DNA of 64,000 nt, taken from the NCBI GenBank assembly GCA_050298055.1, contig JBNKTL010000026.1, forward strand, positions 1-64,000, in the 5' to 3' direction. The position numbers were made by a program, and so were the translations under genes. This document shows, one piece after another, positions 58,019 through 64,000 of the stretch. A model generated the notes under the pieces. The model was not told the origin of the DNA and searched no databases. It saw only the letters and a program-made list of their open reading frames with translations. Numbering within the stretch: the stretch's first letter is position 1; each line of letters begins with the position of its first letter. This stretch comes from Spirochaetota bacterium (GTDB taxonomy: Bacteria; Spirochaetota; UBA4802; UBA5550).

Positions 58019-60292
58019 ATGAAAACAGTAAAAAAAATACGTATCAAAGGGATCGTCCAGGGCGTGGGATTCAGGCCGTTTATTTTCAAACTTGCAAAGA
58101 AGCACCGGATTACCGGGTATGTCCTTAACGATACAGAGGGTGTCTTTATTCATGCAGAAGGGAAAGTGCCGGATATTAAGACATTCATCATGAACATCCG
58201 CGCAGAAAAACCGGAAATTGCCCGTATAGAGTCCATTGACCAATTTAACGCGGAACGAAAAAATTATACCGATTTTACCATTAAAGAAAGCCTGATAACC
58301 CCGGAAAAATCAACCTTTCTGCCTCCCGATTTTTCCATCTGCAATGACTGCCTTGAAGAATTCTTCTCTCCCGGCAACAGGAGAGAGGGCTATCCCTTTA
58401 TTACATGCACAAATTGCGGTCCCCGGTTCAGTATAATATCCGACCTCCCCTACGACAGGAAAAACACCGCAATGTCAGGATTCACCCTGTGTCAGGAATG
58501 CGCCAATGAATACTCCGATCCCGGGAACAGGAGGTTTCATACCCAGCCCAATGCATGTCCCCGCTGCGGCCCCCGGATTGCACTGCGGGACAACAAAGGC
58601 AACGCCCTCAGGGAAAATGATGCCCATGAAATCGCAGCCCGGACAGTTGAACTTCTTCTCCATGAAAAACGTATCGTGGCAATAAAGGGTATCGGCGGAT
58701 ATCTTCTCGCCTGTGACGCGGAATCCGACGAAGCGGTAAAACGTCTCAGGGAACTGAAAAACCGTCCCTTTAAGCCCCTGGCCCTCATGGCGGGAAACAC
58801 CGGGACCATAGAGAGTTTCCTGCACCTGTCTCAGAGCGAAAGGAAACTCCTCCGGTCAATAGAGCGGCCGGTCCTCCTCCTGAAGAAGAAACAAAAAAGA
58901 GTAAGCGAATATGTCGCGCCGGGCCTAACATATATCGGCATCATGCTCCCCTATACTCCTTTCCTCCACCAGATCTTTTCCCTGAGGGAGAACATGGTCC
59001 TGGTCATGACCAGCGGCAATCTCTCGGAGGAACCCATTGCCTTCAGCGATGATGATGCCTTCAACAGGCTCGGTCATATCGCGGACTACTTTGTGACCTT
59101 CAACAGGGATATCATCGCCCATACCGACGACAGCGTCATTTTTGTTGAGGATGAAAAACCGAATTTCATCAGGAGGTCCCGGGGATATGTCCCCGTTCCT
59201 TTCAGGACTAAGCTCCATGGCAGTCATCTCATGGCAACCGGGGGCGACCTGAAAAACTGTTTCGCCCTGGGCCGGGATGACATCATCATACTCTCCCAGC
59301 ACATGGGTGACCTGGGAAGCCCCGGGGGTTACGATCTCTTCAGGAAGAGTTTTTCCCATTTTTGCAGGGTTTTCAACTTCTCCCCGGAGACTGTCATTAC
59401 GGATATGCATCCGGGATATTTCACCGCTTCAATTGCCCGTGAGCTGGAAGAAGCGGGCATGAAGAAGATCACTGTACAGCACCACCATTCCCACATAGCA
59501 TCTGTTATGGAAGAACACGGCCTTGAAGAAAATGTCATGGGCATTGCTTTCGACGGCACGGGCTACGGACCCGATGAAAAACTCTGGGGAAGCGAGTTCC
59601 TTATCGCCAACAGGAGGGAGTTCCGGCGGGCGGCGCACTTCTCATACTTTAAGCTTCCCGGGGGCGAAAAGGCCATACGCCATGTCTGGAAAATCGGCCT
59701 CTCCCTGCTCCACCTGGCTTATGGAGACGATCATCCTGTTATGGAAAAGAGTGATGAGTCTGATATTATCCTGCAAATGATACGGGAAGATATCAACTCA
59801 CCGGAAACCTGCTCCATCGGCAGACTCTTTGACGGTGTTTCGGCACTGCTGGGGATATCCCGAACCATCTCAACGGAGGCAGAAGCCGCCATGCTCCTCG
59901 AGGAGAGGGCGGCGGCATTTTCCGGGAGATCAAAGTATTCGGGCTACACCATACCGGCCATCGAGGGTGAAAACATGGTCCTGGACACCGCCTCATTTAT
60001 CCGGCATATTACAAAACTTCTCATAAAGGGAGTGGATGTCACTGAAATCGCATATCTCTTTCACAGGGCAATTGCGGATACAGCGGTACAAACGGCAGAA
60101 CTCCTCAGGGAGAAGCATTCCCTTGAAAAGGTTGCTCTCAGCGGCGGTGTATTCCAGAACAGGCTTCTCCTTAACATGATAAGCAGAGGGCTTGAGGAAT
60201 CAGGATTCAGGGTTTTCACAAACAGGAAGGTCCCGGCCAACGACGGCTGTATCGCCCTTGGGCAGATCGCGGTGGGAAAAGAGTCGGGGTGA
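58019..60292 (+). CDS. hypF: Carbamoyltransferase HypF
   Basis: GIVQGVGFRPF, zinc fingers CTNCGPRF/CPRCGP, QHHHSH, DGTGYG, NDGCIALGQ. Confidence 0.97.
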   Translation: MKTVKKIRIKGIVQGVGFRPFIFKLAKKHRITGYVLNDTEGVFIHAEGKVPDIKTFIMNIRAEKPEIARIESIDQFNAERKNYTDFTIKESLITPEKSTFLPPDFSICNDCLEEFFSPGNRREGYPFITCTNCGPRFSIISDLPYDRKNTAMSGFTLCQECANEYSDPGNRRFHTQPNACPRCGPRIALRDNKGNALRENDAHEIAARTVELLLHEKRIVAIKGIGGYLLACDAESDEAVKRLRELKNRPFKPLALMAGNTGTIESFLHLSQSERKLLRSIERPVLLLKKKQKRVSEYVAPGLTYIGIMLPYTPFLHQIFSLRENMVLVMTSGNLSEEPIAFSDDDAFNRLGHIADYFVTFNRDIIAHTDDSVIFVEDEKPNFIRRSRGYVPVPFRTKLHGSHLMATGGDLKNCFALGRDDIIILSQHMGDLGSPGGYDLFRKSFSHFCRVFNFSPETVITDMHPGYFTASIARELEEAGMKKITVQHHHSHIASVMEEHGLEENVMGIAFDGTGYGPDEKLWGSEFLIANRREFRRAAHFSYFKLPGGEKAIRHVWKIGLSLLHLAYGDDHPVMEKSDESDIILQMIREDINSPETCSIGRLFDGVSALLGISRTISTEAEAAMLLEERAAAFSGRSKYSGYTIPAIEGENMVLDTASFIRHITKLLIKGVDVTEIAYLFHRAIADTAVQTAELLREKHSLEKVALSGGVFQNRLLLNMISRGLEESGFRVFTNRKVPANDGCIALGQIAVGKESG

Positions 60293-60367
60293 ACACCTGG
60301 TAGAGCAGATAATTATTAAAGGCGGCTAGACACCAGATAAATATTTAATCCTCATTTTTATTAACCC

Positions 60368-61105
60368 ATGAAACGAATTTTAATATTAATTTATACATTA
60401 ATTTTATCTGTATTTTCATTAATTTCAAAAAAGCAATTAAGTGCAAAGATAACAAGTACCGTTATTATTCTTTCTAATGTTTTTGCCCTTTTTGGAATTT
60501 ACTTTTTCAACTGGCACCCCATACTATTAATTATTTTATACTGGTGCGAAGCGGTTTTTATCGGAGTATTTAATGTTTTTAAAATTATGCTTTGTGGAAT
60601 ATATGATAAAAATAATCAAACATCTATATGGAATATCAGGACATCATTAATAATTTCAATAATATTTATTATTACCTTCGGGTTTTTTCTGATATTTTAC
60701 GGTTTATTTATTCTTGATCTTTTTTCAGAACAATTTTTTGAAAAAGATGTTATCCGTATTACGGAAATATGGAAATACAAATTTGATCTATTTTCCTACA
60801 TCGTTCCATTAAAAATTACCAGATCTAAAAGCATACTTGAAAGTGAATTAATCGCAATCATTGCAATATTTATAAGCCATTCTATGGTTTTTTTCTTTAA
60901 TTTTGTCGGGGAAAAAAAGTTTATCCCGGCAGGTCCTTTTCACTATCTATTTAAACCTTATTACAGATTATTTGTGATACACATGACTGTACTATTAGGA
61001 GGTTTGGTAATGGATAAGATTGGTTGGGACAATAGAATATTCATTAATTTCTGGGTTTTTGCAAAAATTATTGCAGATCAGTATATTCACAATAAGGGTC
61101 TTTAA
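60368..61105 (+). CDS. Hypothetical membrane protein (DUF6498-like)
   Basis: GIYFFNW..LYWCE..IG.FNV.K and PYYRLFVIHMTVLLGG; AT-rich. Confidence 0.65.
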   Translation: MKRILILIYTLILSVFSLISKKQLSAKITSTVIILSNVFALFGIYFFNWHPILLIILYWCEAVFIGVFNVFKIMLCGIYDKNNQTSIWNIRTSLIISIIFIITFGFFLIFYGLFILDLFSEQFFEKDVIRITEIWKYKFDLFSYIVPLKITRSKSILESELIAIIAIFISHSMVFFFNFVGEKKFIPAGPFHYLFKPYYRLFVIHMTVLLGGLVMDKIGWDNRIFINFWVFAKIIADQYIHNKGL

Positions 61106-61257
61106 TAATTAAATTTTCCTATTACTTTCTTTAGTTTTCCAATAAACTGCTCCATAGTAACCGGTGCATGCAAACACCGGTTCAATAAGACACACTGCCT
61201 CCAACATGGGAGAGTAATCAAAATTTTCAAGAGGAAATCAAGATCATTGTCAGGAGC

Positions 61258-61872
61258 CTAAAGGTTTTTTAGATTTTTAAGAACCTTATTAATTTTTTGC
61301 CTTATCTTTTGTTTGTCCGGATATAAACCGAATTTGAGATTACCGTAGAAGACACCGTTTTGAGAATACTGGCCGTCGGTAATAAAGATATAGGACCTGC
61401 CGGACTCAATGGATCCGGCTGCCTCGGGGCAGTAATAATAATAGAATATTTTATGCCTTTCTTCCACATAGTATATGACGGAATAATTAATGTCCTGATA
61501 ATCCATGATGTAAATGACGTCATTCTCTGACAGATCAGTTTTTTTTATTTTTCTCTCTTTTGCTTCTTTTTTTTCTGATTCCGGGAAACTGACATGCCAT
61601 CGGTCTTTTGTCTCTGATGATCTGCTGCTTTTACTGATCACCTCTGTAATCACGGCCTGATAAACTTTTTTACGAGAGACCGCAGGATTGACTTTATCCA
61701 GCTCATCAATAACAGCCTCAAACTCTTTGATTATTTTGACAGCAAAGATATTATCATTGAGAGAAAAAAGGTCGTCAAAGGGAACTTTCTTTAAACTTCC
61801 TGACGGAGAAGCTCCCCGGGTTGAGAGTATGAAAAAGAGTAAAATAATTTTTATTTTCATATCATAGTTCAT
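61258..61872 (-). CDS. Hypothetical exported protein
   Basis: N-terminal signal-like stretch, 204 aa. Confidence 0.55.
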   Translation of the reverse strand: MNYDMKIKIILLFFILSTRGASPSGSLKKVPFDDLFSLNDNIFAVKIIKEFEAVIDELDKVNPAVSRKKVYQAVITEVISKSSRSSETKDRWHVSFPESEKKEAKERKIKKTDLSENDVIYIMDYQDINYSVIYYVEERHKIFYYYYCPEAAGSIESGRSYIFITDGQYSQNGVFYGNLKFGLYPDKQKIRQKINKVLKNLKNL

Positions 61873-61922
61873 TTTCTCGTAATAACAATTTTATATTACC
61901 AGTAATTTTGATGAAGATAAAA

Positions 61923-61990
61923 TTTCGTGCCGAGTGCGGACACGATATTCGCCTGCAGGCACGAAACAGGATGTTTCAATAGTGCCTGCA
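61923..61990. repeat. Nested palindromic element
   Basis: tttcgtgcc/ggcacgaaa, tgcaggcac/gtgcctgca and gaaaca-gga-tgtttc. Confidence 0.55.
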
Positions 61991-62198
61991 AAATATGAAC
62001 CAAACATTCCACAATTGCCAAATAATATTGAATAATTCATAAAAATGTCAATAAATAATTTTTGCTTAATCTTGATTACTGGTGAATATCAAGCTTGTGT
62101 CGTTACGAACAGACATATTAAAATATTGACAGATAATCTCATATTATTTAGACTAAAAATAAATTGAAATAATCCGTAGAGAAGGAACACACTGGCCC

Positions 62199-62579
62199 AT
62201 GTCAATGCATCTGGAAATACTCAACCTTGTAAAAAAGAATAAATCGGATATAAACCCGAAGATGACTGTCTTTAAAATGAAGGTGGCCGATCTGCTGGAC
62301 AATGACAGGACAAAGGACACATGGGATGTTCTCAAGACATTCATAAATGGCGGTATAAAATATATACTCATAGACATGGAGGACCTGGAATTTGTTGACA
62401 GCCTGGGAATAAATATGCTCATTAATACAGCCAAGCTCGTCCGGTCAAATAGCGGAGATATGGCACTTGTTAATGTACCTCAGAAGATTGAGACTATCCT
62501 GCAGCCTATAAAAATTGAGCGGTTTATGAAAATCTTCAAAACAGCGGATGAATCTATCAAGTATTTCAGGATGATATGA
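62199..62579 (+). CDS. STAS-domain anti-sigma factor antagonist
   Basis: IDMEDLEFVDSLGI. Confidence 0.88.
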   Translation: MSMHLEILNLVKKNKSDINPKMTVFKMKVADLLDNDRTKDTWDVLKTFINGGIKYILIDMEDLEFVDSLGINMLINTAKLVRSNSGDMALVNVPQKIETILQPIKIERFMKIFKTADESIKYFRMI

Positions 62580-62956
62580 ATATTAAATTTGACCTCATAA
62601 AAGTGAGTCCTCTTGATCATAACAATGTTGACTACACTACAACGGTTTTCAAGCTTTTTCCCCCCCATGAGTTTATCATTGATAATTCCGTACTTTATGA
62701 AGTCTTTCTCAACACCCTGATCACCGGCGGCGCCTTGAAAATCTATGTTAACATGTATGATGTTAATTATATTGACAGCTCGGGAATCGGGGTCCTTATC
62801 AATGCCACAAAAAAAATCAGGGACAACAAAGGGGAACTGATTCTTTCCAACATTTCCAGTGAAGTTAAAAAGATTTTCAACCTGGTGAACCTGGAGTCTT
62901 TTTTTAAGATCTTTAACTCCGAACCGGAAGCGATTAATTACTTCCGTTATCTCTGA
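62576..62956 (+). CDS. STAS-domain anti-sigma factor antagonist
   Basis: NMYDVNYIDSSGIG; ATGA overlap with the upstream gene. Confidence 0.88.
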   Translation: MNIKFDLIKVSPLDHNNVDYTTTVFKLFPPHEFIIDNSVLYEVFLNTLITGGALKIYVNMYDVNYIDSSGIGVLINATKKIRDNKGELILSNISSEVKKIFNLVNLESFFKIFNSEPEAINYFRYL

Positions 62957-63551
62957 TTACCTCCTTCAGCTCCTTCCCGCACCGGCTGCAGAATTCGCCT
63001 GTTTCACTATCAACAGTGACTATTGTGCCCCGGGCATCCTGCATCAGACAGTTTTTTACCGGACAGTGGCCGAGACCAAAGGTATGGCCCAGTTCATGGT
63101 TGACAACCTTAACCAGCCTGTCTGTAAATTTTCTCCTGCCCCCTCTTCCGCTCCTGAGCCTGAATGTTGAGACAACACAGCTCTTTCCGCCCATACTTCC
63201 CAGCCCGAAAATCCCCCAGTCATAAAACTTTCCCTTGGTGGTTGAAATATCCCTTGTGGTTATTCCAACAACCTTAGTATATTTACCTGCTGTAATTCTC
63301 TCAAGGTACCGGAGAAGTTTATCAGCCCGGTACCTTCTTCTCGGTCTATAGTAGGCATGTGGCGGAAGCTCTTTTTCCTTCAAAATAACCACATCTGCAT
63401 TGTACAATCGGGAAATACCTCTTTTTATCCGTGATAATATCCCTGTTTCAACATGACCCAGCGGCTGGACTGCAATAGTCGTATCTCTATCAGGATAGAC
63501 AGACTGTTGAAATATCAGAAAAAGTGTGATAATGATGCATGACAATCTCAT
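62934..63551 (-). CDS. Archaemetzincin-like Zn protease (peptidase M54), exported
   Basis: HELGHTFGLGHC-x3-CLM, FCSRC; signal peptide from the ATG at 63551. Confidence 0.88.
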   Translation of the reverse strand: MRLSCIIITLFLIFQQSVYPDRDTTIAVQPLGHVETGILSRIKRGISRLYNADVVILKEKELPPHAYYRPRRRYRADKLLRYLERITAGKYTKVVGITTRDISTTKGKFYDWGIFGLGSMGGKSCVVSTFRLRSGRGGRRKFTDRLVKVVNHELGHTFGLGHCPVKNCLMQDARGTIVTVDSETGEFCSRCGKELKEVIRDNGSN

Positions 63552-63813
63552 AATGATAACCCGAACAAATTTTATTAATAGTAAATAAGCCTCTCTGCAT
63601 AATTTCAAGGAATTAATGCCGGCTAAATTTAATTTTCCTTAGATCTCCATTTAAAAGAAAAAAATAGTTGTATTTTAATTATTCGGTTTGCATAATAAAG
63701 TGATTTGTAACGACTCAGCTATGTTCAGGAATAATGATATTCATTGAGAACATAACTGTACCCTACCCATGAGGCGGGGATAAAACTGTTAATATAATAA
63801 ATCTCTATCTGAA

Positions 63814-64000
63814 ATGGCTGATATTCTTGTAATTGGAATGGGAAATCTTATACTGGGTGACGATGCTGTGGGTCCCCTTGTTGTGAGGGAACTCTCCCGG
63901 CGGTTAAGCGAATACTCCCCCGTAATTCGCTTCATTGAAAACTACACCTGTGGCCTGGACCTTCTTAATGAGATCGACGGCTACAGAACAGTCCTGATAA
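63814..64000 (+). CDS. Second hydrogenase maturation protease, 5' part (runs off the window; not in ORF track)
   Basis: MADILVIGMGNLILGDDAVGPLVV...GLDLLNEIDGYRTVLI, no stop before the window end. Confidence 0.85.
   Translation, partial: MADILVIGMGNLILGDDAVGPLVVRELSRRLSEYSPVIRFIENYTCGLDLLNEIDGYRTVLI

Overview
Bacterial chromosomal window, probably from an anaerobic Spirochaetota lineage. That placement is inference from the OmpA/Ig-repeat protein, the TPR+Mrr-like protein, many lipoproteins and several STAS proteins. Housekeeping genes include recN, nadK, dgkA, pth, htpG, smpB, yebC, ruvC and surE. The window also holds a complete Hyb-type (group 1c-like) membrane [NiFe]-hydrogenase operon with hypABCDEF, a GT4-GT4-methyltransferase operon, a porin and several signalling genes. 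Two features stand out. (1) A candidate RiPP locus missed by the ORF track: a 20-aa Cys-rich peptide MKIKKVKKSDKGLCKCGSSC (4967-5029) with its own promoter, RBS and terminator, followed by a 7-Cys small protein and a radical SAM/SPASM enzyme. (2) A REP-associated tyrosine transposase (RAYT-like HUH) flanked by arrays of the 10-mer GGGTCAGAGC with a recurring 36-38 nt period. Satellite arrays lie 4-10 kb away, and an IS3 element sits in the loop of one inverted pair of the motif. At least four other small intergenic repeat families are present. All family assignments come from motif recognition by eye; no database searches were run.
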